Shown here piece by piece: positions 9,481 through 18,897 of a DNA stretch of 62,267 nucleotides (its first letter is position 1; each line of letters starts with the position of its first letter). Origin of the DNA: a virus (Duplodnaviria; Caudoviricetes); IMG/VR virus record IMGVR_UViG_3300023210_000034, positions 1 to 62,267 of that record. One strand, 5' to 3'. Made by a program: the position numbers and the translations under genes. Below the pieces are notes generated by a model. It saw nothing but the letters and a program-made list of their open reading frames with translations. It was not told the origin of the DNA and did not search any database.

Positions 9481-11366
9481 AAAACCTGTACCTAGTACAA
9501 ATGAGCCTAAGTCTACCCGGCTCCAAGTTCAGACACATCCCATACAGTGTGGGATTGTTGTGGTCGTATGCCTCGCAGTTCACCCGCATCACCGATAACT
9601 ACGACCTGAAAGGCATACTGTTCAACAAAGAACCAACCCAATCAGCCGTACAAAAGATTGAAGACCCCGATGTTATTGGGGTCAGTATATACACATGGAA
9701 CTACAATTACAGCATCAAATTGATCGAGGAAGTGAAACGACAGTACCCCGATTGTACTGTCATCGTTGGTGGTCCGGGTATACCAAATGATCCAGACAAA
9801 GCGAAGGTATTCATGCGCACCAATCCCGAAGTGGACTTCATGGTACACCACGAAGGCGAAGTCGTGTTCACTGATCTCCTTGACAGTCTTCTTGATCCCC
9901 TTGGCCTTGACCACAAGGATATCCCAAGCATCGTGTACCGTGATGATCACCAGATCAAACAAAACACTGGCTCTGGTCGCATCGATGATCTCGGTACTAT
10001 CCCATCACCATACCTGACCGGCGTCTTCGATGACCTGATCAATGAATACAAAAACAACACCGATATCGTACTGAATGGTGTGATGGAAACCAATAGAGGT
10101 TGCCCATTCCAATGTACCTTCTGTGATTGGGGTGGCCTAACCTTCCAGAAACTCAAGAAATTCGACATCGATAGAGTGAAGAAAGAGATCGCATGGTTCG
10201 GTGTGCATGAAGTCGAAATGATCGTGAACGCCGATGCGAACTTCGGTATCTTCAAAGATCGTGACCTACGTATCGCTGAACATATCGTCAGTACCAATAA
10301 ACAATTCGGATATCCTAAGATGTTCGATACAAACTACAACAAGAACAACAGCGAACTTGTGCTACAGATAGCCAACACCCTATCAACAATCAATAGACGC
10401 TTCACAGTGGCCCTACAGAGCACACATGAGCCAACACTGAACGCAATCAAGCGCGGTAACCTAGAGACCAGCGATCTCGATAAAATACTGGAGATCGCTA
10501 AACGAAATAACGTCGTCGTCAGTACCGAACTGATCACCGGACTACCATTGGAAACACTCGATAGCTGGAAGCAAGGCATCGCAACTATGATCGAAAAAGG
10601 TATCATGGTAGAAGCATTGCCACTGAGTCTATTAGAGAACTCTGAAATGAATGACCCAGCGTACCGAGCCAAGTACGGGATGATAACACATAACTCAGAG
10701 CTTCCATTCGGTTCATACGTGCCTGAATATCAAGACGTGATCACGTCCACCAGTACAATATCCCATGAAGAAATGGCCGAACTATGGATGTTCAATTGGA
10801 TAACCAATAGTATGCATTCACTCGGCTTCACTCACCTGATCTCACGATATATGCATGATCATCACGGTATATCATATATCGATTTCTATGACCAATTGTT
10901 GACAGACTTCCGGAACGACAGCGTGTTGTCAGCCATTACCGCTGAATTCGAAGTCTATGCGATGAATCATAATTACGTGAACTTCTATATCACATCAAGA
11001 CCAGAATGGCTAACATATATTAACAACCATCGTCGGGATTTAATGGATGTCCTCGTGGCTATGTGTCACAGTATGATCAGACCAATAGACCCACGCATTA
11101 TGATCAGACCAATAGACCCACGCATTCATGATCTATTGATATATCAATTCATGAAACAGGCAACTAATAAAAAACCTGTAGCAGAAGCCATTGAGTTCAA
11201 ATACAATTGGGATCATTGGGAACGTACAGGTGAACTCGAACACAAACAAACCAACATACTGTTCGAACATCCCGGCATGGGCAACTTCTACGACTTTGAA
11301 AACTTCATCGCCTACACCCGTAGAAACTCAGGATGGATGGTCAAAACATCAGAGGTATTAATATGA
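9477..11366 (+). CDS. Cobalamin-binding radical SAM protein
   Basis: N-terminal B12-type domain (SIYTWN, VGGP, HEGE) plus ETNRGCPFQCTFCDWG, DANFG, ELITGLP. Confidence 0.9.
   Translation: MKNLYLVQMSLSLPGSKFRHIPYSVGLLWSYASQFTRITDNYDLKGILFNKEPTQSAVQKIEDPDVIGVSIYTWNYNYSIKLIEEVKRQYPDCTVIVGGPGIPNDPDKAKVFMRTNPEVDFMVHHEGEVVFTDLLDSLLDPLGLDHKDIPSIVYRDDHQIKQNTGSGRIDDLGTIPSPYLTGVFDDLINEYKNNTDIVLNGVMETNRGCPFQCTFCDWGGLTFQKLKKFDIDRVKKEIAWFGVHEVEMIVNADANFGIFKDRDLRIAEHIVSTNKQFGYPKMFDTNYNKNNSELVLQIANTLSTINRRFTVALQSTHEPTLNAIKRGNLETSDLDKILEIAKRNNVVVSTELITGLPLETLDSWKQGIATMIEKGIMVEALPLSLLENSEMNDPAYRAKYGMITHNSELPFGSYVPEYQDVITSTSTISHEEMAELWMFNWITNSMHSLGFTHLISRYMHDHHGISYIDFYDQLLTDFRNDSVLSAITAEFEVYAMNHNYVNFYITSRPEWLTYINNHRRDLMDVLVAMCHSMIRPIDPRIMIRPIDPRIHDLLIYQFMKQATNKKPVAEAIEFKYNWDHWERTGELEHKQTNILFEHPGMGNFYDFENFIAYTRRNSGWMVKTSEVLI
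11072..11126 (+). repeat. Perfect 27-bp in-frame tandem duplication (MIRPIDPRI x2)
   Basis: TATGATCAGACCAATAGACCCACGCAT occurs twice in tandem. Confidence 0.95.
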
Positions 11367-11689
11367 TTGATCCAAAAGCATTACGGGCCGCAATGCTAAA
11401 ATATCGTGAGCATTGGGACGATTTCGATGAAAAACACATGATTAAAGTTCTCGAAGCCTACGAGGCCGAAAAGCCTAGCAAGTGGCAACCGATTGAGACT
11501 GCAAAAAAGGACGGCGCTATTGTTCAGTTGCGCGTGATGTTCAACGAGCCGCTGAATACTGCTGGATCGTGGGAACATACATGTTGGAGGTATTACGGCG
11601 ATGACGGTTGTGACGATAACCAGCCAACGCACTGGCGACCGCTGGAAGCCTTGTCCGTATTACTATGCTCAAAAAATGGAGATTATTGA
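11363..11689 (+). CDS. DUF551-like small phage protein
   Basis: WQPIETAKKDG...QPTHWRPL signature; GAGG RBS before ATG 11363. Confidence 0.65.
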   Translation: MIDPKALRAAMLKYREHWDDFDEKHMIKVLEAYEAEKPSKWQPIETAKKDGAIVQLRVMFNEPLNTAGSWEHTCWRYYGDDGCDDNQPTHWRPLEALSVLLCSKNGDY

Positions 11690-11691
11690 AC

Positions 11692-11835
11692 ATGACCGCA
11701 CTTCAGATAATTGCCGGATTTTCGATAATTCTTCTGGTCGGCGCTGGTGTTAATTCAACGTTCATCCAGAAGCTCGCCTACGCATGTGCAGTTATTTTTG
11801 TGGTCGCAGCTTTGGTTGCTGAACACTTCCAATAA
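11692..11835 (+). CDS. Small membrane protein (47 aa, two hydrophobic segments)
   Basis: MTALQIIAGFSIILLVGAGVNSTFIQKLAYACAVIFVVAALVAEHFQ*; GGAG upstream. Confidence 0.55.
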   Translation: MTALQIIAGFSIILLVGAGVNSTFIQKLAYACAVIFVVAALVAEHFQ

Positions 11836-11855
11836 TCCGGTTGAAAGAAATATAG

Positions 11856-12062
11856 ATGGCAAACGTACCTGAGACACAAACCAGATTGGCACAGCTTGAG
11901 CGAAAGGTTGAGCTTATGGAAGAACGCTTGAAGATGCTTGAGCCGGATAAAAAGCCACAGTTAGACAAAGAGGCGCTGGAGATTGTACTGGATGCTCTTG
12001 AACCGGCCCATCAATACTCTACAAAACTCAGAGAAGCTATCATAAAATTGAGAGGTGAATAA
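11856..12062 (+). CDS. Small coiled-coil hypothetical protein
   Basis: 68-aa ORF with heptad-like pattern, coupled to the next gene. Confidence 0.6.
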   Translation: MANVPETQTRLAQLERKVELMEERLKMLEPDKKPQLDKEALEIVLDALEPAHQYSTKLREAIIKLRGE

Positions 12063-12358
12063 TGGCAAAGTATAAAAAGATCAACCTGACCAAAGAAGAG
12101 AAGGTAGAGATCGCACAACGCATAACATCACGCAAAGGTTTACGTGAATTCATTGGACGAAGAGTGCAAGCCCTATGGGTAGCACCATCAAGCAAATCAG
12201 TGTATTCACCCCTGCCACTACTAGAAGAACAACTGAAATTGATGCACAATGATACCTTTTGGGGTACCGATCCTGTCCTAGAAGATAAATCAATAGCCGA
12301 ACTACAAGCAAGGCTCGACGGAAACTATCGCATCGAACGTGTAGAGAGCAAGAACTAA
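12062..12358 (+). CDS. Hypothetical protein
   Basis: GAGG RBS, TAATG overlaps at both ends. Confidence 0.65.
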   Translation: MAKYKKINLTKEEKVEIAQRITSRKGLREFIGRRVQALWVAPSSKSVYSPLPLLEEQLKLMHNDTFWGTDPVLEDKSIAELQARLDGNYRIERVESKN

Positions 12359-13419
12359 TGACATTCAATATTATCGGCGGCAACGGACCAAACTTCATCC
12401 GAACTGTCCTCGTAACAGGATCAGCAGGATTCATAGGCACATACGTATGCCAACTCCTATTGGACAGAGGCTTCAAAGTCCGTGGCATCGATAACTACAG
12501 CAAATATGGTTACATCAAACGATCACACGATGACCACCCACACTACGAATTCATCGAAGGCGACTGTAAAGATGTCGATCTAATGCGAGAAGTCATGGCT
12601 GGTGTCGATCATGTCATACATCTCGCAGCACTAATCGGGGGCCTACGCTTCTTCAATGATCATGCATACGATATGATGGCAGAGAACGAACGCATTTGCG
12701 CAAGCTTATTCGACGCAGCCATCAATGCCCACCTGACCGATAACCTCAAAAAGGTCACATTGATAACAAGTTCTCAAGTGTACGAAATGACAGAAGAATT
12801 CCCAACACCAGAAGACTCAACCCTAATGGACCCACCACCACGATCAATGTATGGCTTCCAAAAACTCGCAGCAGAGTATTTCGCCGAAGGTGCGCGACTA
12901 CAACACGGACTACCATACACCATCCTTAGACCATTCAATGCTATCGGTACAGGAGAAGAACCCGGCACGTATGTCGATAAAGCTGGACAAGAAGTAGCAA
13001 TGAACCATGTCGTACCAGAATTCATCATGAAATGTCTCAAATCAGGCGGAACTGAACCCATCGAAATGCATGGATCAGGTAAACAAGTACGTGACTTCAC
13101 ACATGGTGTGGACTTCGCGACAGCAGTGGCAGAAACCCTCGACATCAATGCTTGCAAAAACCAAATATACAACGTGTGTGGTGGTATGCGATTATCAATG
13201 GAAGACCTATTACGAGCAATTCATTCACTAGTATATCCTGATCTCGATCCTAACTCACTACGTATTAGATACGTCAAATCATTCGATAACGATGTAATAT
13301 ATCGATATGGGGATAGCTCAAAATTGTACCGAACCACGGGATGGAAACCAACCAAAGACCTATACGGCAGTCTACAAGAAATAATCGATTATGTTAAAAC
13401 TACCGTCGATAAGGATTAA
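12358..13419 (+). CDS. NAD-dependent NDP-sugar epimerase/dehydratase
   Basis: VTGSAGFIG, HLAA, TSSQVY, YGFQK (YxxxK), RPFNAIG, QVRDFTH. Confidence 0.9.
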   Translation: MTFNIIGGNGPNFIRTVLVTGSAGFIGTYVCQLLLDRGFKVRGIDNYSKYGYIKRSHDDHPHYEFIEGDCKDVDLMREVMAGVDHVIHLAALIGGLRFFNDHAYDMMAENERICASLFDAAINAHLTDNLKKVTLITSSQVYEMTEEFPTPEDSTLMDPPPRSMYGFQKLAAEYFAEGARLQHGLPYTILRPFNAIGTGEEPGTYVDKAGQEVAMNHVVPEFIMKCLKSGGTEPIEMHGSGKQVRDFTHGVDFATAVAETLDINACKNQIYNVCGGMRLSMEDLLRAIHSLVYPDLDPNSLRIRYVKSFDNDVIYRYGDSSKLYRTTGWKPTKDLYGSLQEIIDYVKTTVDKD

Positions 13420-14317
13420 AATCAAACGGGAAATTGCGATTTAGGCTAACCAATGGCCCAAGACCCTTGAACTGATCGTGATACCACTTATCATACGTCT
13501 CCGAACTGAACTCAGGGTCATAGATAAGTGGTTCCCATTGATCCAATATATCCTGATTGTAGACATCATTGATCTCAACATCAAGACTGGTACTCATTCT
13601 CTCTGCAAACTCTCGCGCAGCCACAGGACTCGGATGACCATCTTCTTGCCGTGCCCCATCGTAATTCACGTACGTTACCCTCTTATCAGGATGTAATTTA
13701 TTCATGGAATATATGCTAGGTAACTCTTTGTCAATCGCATTTATAACACACTCCAAATAAGGATCATCTAAACTCTTCCGGATCACCTTGTCTGACCAAA
13801 CTTGTGGACTAATCCCCATTTCGTCATACATCGTGATAATCCTGTATCTACACGGTAAACGGTCGAGAAGCATTTTCATGCCAAGAATCAATTGAGACTC
13901 ATATCGTGTACAATGAATAGGGTTCAAGAAACCGTTGTCAAAAAATGATTGCATCTTGTCTTGAACATTATGCTTGTAGTTGTAGTGATTTACCATACTT
14001 CCACAGCCAGGACCCCAACCATATTCCATATCACCGGAATTCTCATGGGTGAAGTCTTTAATCTGATCACCACCAATCCAACCAGTGTAGGGCATAATAG
14101 TATCAATTCGCCCGAACTCTGTCAACTGTAGAACAACAACGTCTTCTGAGGTTAAATCAAAATCCATGATGATCTCCATCAACCTACTGTACATCGTTTG
14201 ATGGCCCTGTCCGCGTAATGCACCATTCCATACCTTGTAATCTCCCGACATGAAATCGACCCAACATGGCCATACCCAATTACTGAAACTACAACCTAAC
14301 ACAAACATACGATCCAT
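13400..14317 (-). CDS. SGNH/GDSL-hydrolase-like protein
   Basis: LGCSFS near N-terminus, N.A..G.G block, DGHPS near C-terminus. Confidence 0.55.
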   Translation of the reverse strand: MDRMFVLGCSFSNWVWPCWVDFMSGDYKVWNGALRGQGHQTMYSRLMEIIMDFDLTSEDVVVLQLTEFGRIDTIMPYTGWIGGDQIKDFTHENSGDMEYGWGPGCGSMVNHYNYKHNVQDKMQSFFDNGFLNPIHCTRYESQLILGMKMLLDRLPCRYRIITMYDEMGISPQVWSDKVIRKSLDDPYLECVINAIDKELPSIYSMNKLHPDKRVTYVNYDGARQEDGHPSPVAAREFAERMSTSLDVEINDVYNQDILDQWEPLIYDPEFSSETYDKWYHDQFKGLGPLVSLNRNFPFDFNPYRR

Positions 14318-14341
14318 AAAATAATCCTTTACTATTAAACG

Positions 14342-14348
14342 TATTTAA
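14342..14348 (-). promoter_or_regulatory. T4-type late promoter-like TAAATA
   Basis: TTAAATA about 25 nt upstream of the 14317 start. Confidence 0.45.
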
Positions 14349-14361
14349 TATATAATACAAC

Positions 14362-15063
14362 ATGTTTGATATTATATTCATAAGTTACCAAGAATCTAAC
14401 GCTGAAGAACATTGGGAAAAGCTGAATAAAAGATTCCCATTTAATACTATCAGGGTTAAAGATGTGCAAGGTATTCCACAGGCACACTATGAAGCAGCCA
14501 AACGATCCAGAACCAAATGGTTCTATGTGGTCGATGGCGATACCGTCGTAAATGATGACTTCATGTTTGATATCGATCCCAATATCGAGTCAGATTATAG
14601 CCTGAATGCCGACGAATGGGTGTTCGTAATGAGAGCATACAACCCCGTAACCGAATTAACATATGGATACAGTGGTATTAAACTATTCAATAAAAAACAT
14701 GTGTTAACCTTTGATCCAGATGTTATCGTAGACTTCACAACAACCGTCGCAGGAATATTTAAAGCTATGCCCATAATAGCAAGCACAACAGTATACGACA
14801 CATCACCATTCGAAACATGGAAATCAGCATTCAGAGAGTGTACCAAACTCTCAGCAAATGTCATCAAAGGGAATAAACCAGACGAAACACGAGAAAGATT
14901 GAACCAGTGGATGAACACCGGCAATGGAGAATACGGGCTGTTCAGTAAACAAGGAGCCGTGTATGGACACCAATACGGATCAGCGAACGCTAATAATCCA
15001 GAAGAACTTGCTCGAATAAATAATTTCGAATGGTTAAAGGAGCAATTCAATGGTAACACATAA
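14362..15063 (+). CDS. GT-A fold glycosyltransferase-like protein (paralog 2)
   Basis: DIIFISYQESN, VQGIPQAH, VVDGD, YGYSGIKL, PFETWKSAFRE. Confidence 0.75.
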   Translation: MFDIIFISYQESNAEEHWEKLNKRFPFNTIRVKDVQGIPQAHYEAAKRSRTKWFYVVDGDTVVNDDFMFDIDPNIESDYSLNADEWVFVMRAYNPVTELTYGYSGIKLFNKKHVLTFDPDVIVDFTTTVAGIFKAMPIIASTTVYDTSPFETWKSAFRECTKLSANVIKGNKPDETRERLNQWMNTGNGEYGLFSKQGAVYGHQYGSANANNPEELARINNFEWLKEQFNGNT

Positions 15064-15184
15064 AGAAAAAAGACGACAAGAACAACAACTAAGAGATCGT
15101 AAACGACTCAGAAGAGACAAAATCGTCATGATAGGAATCATGATATTCGCAGTAGCAACACTCATTTGGAACCACCTTAGATGA
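15050..15184 (+). CDS. 44-aa charged N-terminus plus C-terminal TM protein
   Basis: MVTHKEKRRQEQQLRDRKRLRRDKIVMIGIMIFAVATLIWNHLR*; AAGGAG RBS. Confidence 0.6.
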   Translation: MVTHKEKRRQEQQLRDRKRLRRDKIVMIGIMIFAVATLIWNHLR

Positions 15185-15315
15185 CATCTGAACGTAAAAA
15201 ACAAAAAGAACTCGATGATCTGAAATTCAAACGTCAAATGAAACGATTGGATATTATCACAGTATGTGGACTGCTAGCCCTGATCGCAGTGATAACATCA
15301 ATGGTGATGATATGA
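15181..15315 (+). CDS. 44-aa charged N-terminus plus C-terminal TM protein
   Basis: MTSERKKQKELDDLKFKRQMKRLDIITVCGLLALIAVITSMVMI*; ATGA overlaps at both ends. Confidence 0.6.
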   Translation: MTSERKKQKELDDLKFKRQMKRLDIITVCGLLALIAVITSMVMI

Positions 15316-16223
15316 AAGTACTAGACCTAGATTGGGTGTTCTTGAGCTACGATGAACCAGCAGCCGATCATAACTACAACCAATTACTCGAAACAATCCC
15401 TCATGCTAAACGATTACATGGAGTGAAAGGATTCGACGCAGCGCATAAATGTGCCGCAGACCTAGCCGAAACTGAACGATTTATCCTAGTCGATGGTGAT
15501 CATGTCATCACACCAGATTTCCATGAAACCGAATTCGAACCAGCAATAGACCCAAATGTCGTCCACTCGTGGGCCGCAAAGAATAACGTGAATAACCTAA
15601 TATATGGAACCGGTGGCGCTAAATGCTGGAATAAACATACATTAATGAATATCAACACGCATGAAGCTGCAACACATGAAAACTACTCAATAGACTTCTG
15701 CTACGGGGGTCTCGAATACCAACCAATGGGAAATATGTACTCCGGATTAACTTGGATCAGTGGAACACCATATCAAGCATACAGATCAGGGTTCAGAGAT
15801 GTTATCAAAATGTGTGTCAAAAATGGCGAACCCGTAAAGGATATCCTTACAGCATCAGGGGGGAACCTCGCACGATTGTTGATATGGTGCACAATAGGAA
15901 GAGATCAAAAATGGGGCGATTTCGCTATGTTAGGCGCAAGACAAGGCGTATATAACCTGTTCTTGAACCCGAAATTCGATTACCACAATATCATAGACTA
16001 TGATTGGTTCGATGATCATTGGGAAAAGGTATCAACACGATTTAGTATCAATCCAATGAATGATTTCAATTATAATAAACCTAATATGGAAACAGAATTG
16101 AATGCACTCAGACACGAACTCAAAACTATCGGACTACCAGTCGTAGAACTGTACGATGATGAATGCGAATGGTATCGAATGGCAGACATTAACCCAACTA
16201 GAATCCCTCCATTCCTGTATTAA
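15312..16223 (+). CDS. GT-A fold glycosyltransferase-like protein (paralog 3)
   Basis: VFLSYDEP, GVKGFDAAH, LVDGD, YGTGGAK, PYQAYRSGFRD; start 15312 via ATGA overlap. Confidence 0.75.
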   Translation: MKVLDLDWVFLSYDEPAADHNYNQLLETIPHAKRLHGVKGFDAAHKCAADLAETERFILVDGDHVITPDFHETEFEPAIDPNVVHSWAAKNNVNNLIYGTGGAKCWNKHTLMNINTHEAATHENYSIDFCYGGLEYQPMGNMYSGLTWISGTPYQAYRSGFRDVIKMCVKNGEPVKDILTASGGNLARLLIWCTIGRDQKWGDFAMLGARQGVYNLFLNPKFDYHNIIDYDWFDDHWEKVSTRFSINPMNDFNYNKPNMETELNALRHELKTIGLPVVELYDDECEWYRMADINPTRIPPFLY

Positions 16224-16224
16224 T

Positions 16225-16917
16225 ATGACAGACCTATCAATCATCCTGAATGGACTTCAACGCATTTATCCGGATAAACTCCTGATGAACAATATAACAC
16301 ATATCCTACATCAATCAAATCCACCTAATATCGAATTGGCATTCAGTGCAGCACAAATCGAAAGTAAACAATGGCTGATACAAGAACTAATAAATCATAT
16401 CGAACCAAATAAAACTATCTTTATCCTCGGTGGATGGTATGGACTACTGCCAGCTATGATGTACGAACTGCCAGAATTCAATACAGCAAAAATTAGATCA
16501 TTCGATATCGAACCAACATGCGCACCAATCGCGGAACTAATGAATAGACAACGTGTGAAAGCAAATTGGCAATTTAAAGCATCAACAGCAGATATATACG
16601 ACCTCGACTACAATAAAACTACGTACACTACAACAAGACGTGACCAAACAATCGCCGATATGCAGGACGAACCCGATATCATCGTGAATACAATATGTGA
16701 ACACCTACTGAACTTCAATGAATGGTTCGATAAACTACCCAAAAACAAACTAATCGTACTACAATCTAATGACTACTTCGAATACACACAAGAACATGTG
16801 AACTGTGTCAATACACTACAAGAGTTTAAACAACAAGCACCAATGAATATACTATTCGAAGGACAAAACAAATTCGAGATGTATACAAGATTCATGCTGA
16901 TAGGAACAAAAATATGA
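16225..16917 (+). CDS. Class I SAM-dependent methyltransferase-like protein
   Basis: ILGGWYG glycine motif, IRSFDIEP, DIIVNTICEH, VLQSND. Confidence 0.65.
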   Translation: MTDLSIILNGLQRIYPDKLLMNNITHILHQSNPPNIELAFSAAQIESKQWLIQELINHIEPNKTIFILGGWYGLLPAMMYELPEFNTAKIRSFDIEPTCAPIAELMNRQRVKANWQFKASTADIYDLDYNKTTYTTTRRDQTIADMQDEPDIIVNTICEHLLNFNEWFDKLPKNKLIVLQSNDYFEYTQEHVNCVNTLQEFKQQAPMNILFEGQNKFEMYTRFMLIGTKI

Positions 16918-17009
16918 ACAAAATAACAAAATACATCATTAAACTATGGGATGATCCAACCATCACTCGGTGCAGGTATGATGAAATACATTAAGGAAGA
17001 ATAAACAGA

Positions 17010-17219
17010 ATGACCGTAACAAAAGTACTGATAATGCTAGCAGCACTGGTCGTGACCATGATAGGTTTCGTGATGGTTATCGGGATGCCTAAGTCTATAG
17101 AGAGATTCGAAGCATACAACAAAAAATGCACCGAACGAAACATGACTATGATCGTACCTTCAAGACTACCTCTAGGATTCTGTGTAGACCAAGAAGGAAA
17201 AGTCTGGTACTTCAAATGA
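17010..17219 (+). CDS. Small membrane-anchored protein
   Basis: N-terminal hydrophobic helix, two Cys; AAGGA upstream. Confidence 0.6.
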   Translation: MTVTKVLIMLAALVVTMIGFVMVIGMPKSIERFEAYNKKCTERNMTMIVPSRLPLGFCVDQEGKVWYFK

Positions 17220-17422
17220 TGAACTATCATTACAACAAAGCTGTTCAAAAACTGTTCTACATGCGAGACCAGTACTTCAGAGGAACAGGAGCCTTCCATC
17301 TACTGGCGTCTCCCGAATACTTCCGGCAACAACAGTACCTCAGATATCGTCAACGTGAATACAATAAACACAGAGCATACATCCGAGCACGGTACAACAA
17401 ACGGGTACTACCACCGTTATGA
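17216..17422 (+). CDS. Small basic protein (divergent member of the KKLSY family)
   Basis: QYLRYRQRE...YIRARY resembles the C-termini of the following paralogs. Confidence 0.55.
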   Translation: MMNYHYNKAVQKLFYMRDQYFRGTGAFHLLASPEYFRQQQYLRYRQREYNKHRAYIRARYNKRVLPPL

Positions 17423-17619
17423 CACTAAAAAAACTATCATACAAAGAACGAAAACGGTTCGATCAAGACTTCGAAAAACTCATGAAATGGACTAAAAGAC
17501 ACAACCAAGCACTCTTTAACAGCACAGTAAACGATACCAACACAAAATTTTTACAGTACTGTACCAGAAAACGATGGTACATGCTAAGAAGATACAACGT
17601 AGGACCACCATTTATATGA
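17419..17619 (+). CDS. Small basic protein, KKLSYxExKRF family
   Basis: KKLSYKERKRFDQD..KL..W...TKFLQYC...RRY. Confidence 0.7.
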   Translation: MTLKKLSYKERKRFDQDFEKLMKWTKRHNQALFNSTVNDTNTKFLQYCTRKRWYMLRRYNVGPPFI

Positions 17620-17822
17620 CACGCAAACAACTATCATACAGGGAAACAAAACGATTTCAACAAGATCAGGATAAACTTGACTATTGGATAGAACAATACG
17701 ACCATTGCATGTTCTCTACATCATGGCAACCTAATCCACCAGATACCAAATTCTTGGACTATTGTGTGAAAAAACGTACTAGACAGAGAGAACTAATGAG
17801 ACGGAGATATCTTAAAGAATGA
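17616..17822 (+). CDS. Small basic protein, KKLSYxExKRF family
   Basis: KQLSYRETKRFQQD.DKL..W...TKFLDYC...RRRYLK; start at ATGA overlap 17616. Confidence 0.7.
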   Translation: MTRKQLSYRETKRFQQDQDKLDYWIEQYDHCMFSTSWQPNPPDTKFLDYCVKKRTRQRELMRRRYLKE

Positions 17823-18043
17823 CAATATCATACAGCGAACATAATAAAATTGAGGGGGCCAAAAAACTATCATTCAGGGAGTATAAACGATTCCTAAAAG
17901 ATCAGGCGAGGCTTAATCATTACGATAAATCAGGCTTCTTCAGCATCAAGGAAAAAGCTGGAATGAACGCAAAATACATGACGTACATGAATCGTGAACT
18001 ACTTAAACATACACAGTACATGGCTAGAAGATACTTGAAATGA
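17819..18043 (+). CDS. Small basic protein, KKLSYxExKRF family
   Basis: KKLSFREYKRFLKDQARL...KYMTY...RRYLK. Confidence 0.7.
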   Translation: MTISYSEHNKIEGAKKLSFREYKRFLKDQARLNHYDKSGFFSIKEKAGMNAKYMTYMNRELLKHTQYMARRYLK

Positions 18044-18159
18044 AACTCAAATACAGAGAACATCTAAGATTCGAAGCCGATAGACTTAAACTAAATAAAT
18101 GGACAGAACGATTTAATACAGCCGTGAAACAATTTGTACCAAAGAGAGATCAACAATGA
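18040..18159 (+). CDS. Truncated KKLSY-family member (39 aa)
   Basis: MKLKYREHLRFEADRLKLNKWTERFNTAVKQFVPKRDQQ*. Confidence 0.55.
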   Translation: MKLKYREHLRFEADRLKLNKWTERFNTAVKQFVPKRDQQ

Positions 18160-18356
18160 CTAAATACGGAATATGGCATCATGGAGATTTCAAACGTGAT
18201 GTGCGCGTAGGGCCCGGTTGGCTACAGGATAATGGTACCACGTTTTTAAGAAACTCACGGGAAGAGACTCATGAGAAGTTAGTGTGGTACCAGCGGACGT
18301 TTCCGGATGTAAAATATCACACCAAACAATATGTCCCAAAGAAAGATCAACAATGA
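18127..18356 (+). repeat. 33-bp direct repeats (18127-18159 and 18324-18356) flanking gene 18156-18356
   Basis: AAACAATTTGTACCAAAGAGAGATCAACAATGA vs AAACAATATGTCCCAAAGAAAGATCAACAATGA, 30/33 identical. Confidence 0.85.
18156..18356 (+). CDS. Small hypothetical protein
   Basis: 66-aa ORF with ATGA overlaps at both ends. Confidence 0.65.
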   Translation: MTKYGIWHHGDFKRDVRVGPGWLQDNGTTFLRNSREETHEKLVWYQRTFPDVKYHTKQYVPKKDQQ

Positions 18357-18595
18357 GTACATTAGAATCAGTCCATAAACATCCATCTAGAACACGTAAA
18401 CAATATCATCAAGATAACCATAGGACAAAACTTCTACACTGGCTGTTCCGCACTAAGTATCACACCGGAGTTCTTCAATACATGATCAAAGCACACGATC
18501 CAAGACGATACAACACACAAGAGAAATATACGCGATATTGTCTCAAGGAACTCAAACGACACGAATCACACTCGAATAAACAGGAAATAACATGA
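18353..18595 (+). CDS. Small basic protein (divergent KKLSY-like)
   Basis: KQYHQD...KLLHW...EKYTRYCLKE; start at ATGA overlap 18353. Confidence 0.55.
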   Translation: MSTLESVHKHPSRTRKQYHQDNHRTKLLHWLFRTKYHTGVLQYMIKAHDPRRYNTQEKYTRYCLKELKRHESHSNKQEIT

Positions 18596-18897
18596 ATCTG
18601 ACCCAAAAACTGAAAACAGCACTCACTGCCTCGTGCAAATGTATCACCAAAACCAATGAAACAGCGTATCATCAAGACGATTGTCCCTATATGTTGTACT
18701 CAGAGAGCATTAAGGCCATAACAACACTACAACAAGGTAGAGATGAAGCATTCAACGACTTGATGATCATCTATGAATCATGGAACAAAATGGGGCCAGA
18801 GAAACATGATCTACCCCAAGATATGACTGATGTCATCTTGAAAGTAGCCGCCGCGAACTTTAAACTACAATATCCAACAATAAGGAAACAACAATGA
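18592..18897 (+). CDS. Hypothetical protein with CxC...HxxxC motif
   Basis: SCKC...YHQDDCPY; AGGA RBS. Confidence 0.65.
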   Translation: MNLTQKLKTALTASCKCITKTNETAYHQDDCPYMLYSESIKAITTLQQGRDEAFNDLMIIYESWNKMGPEKHDLPQDMTDVILKVAAANFKLQYPTIRKQQ

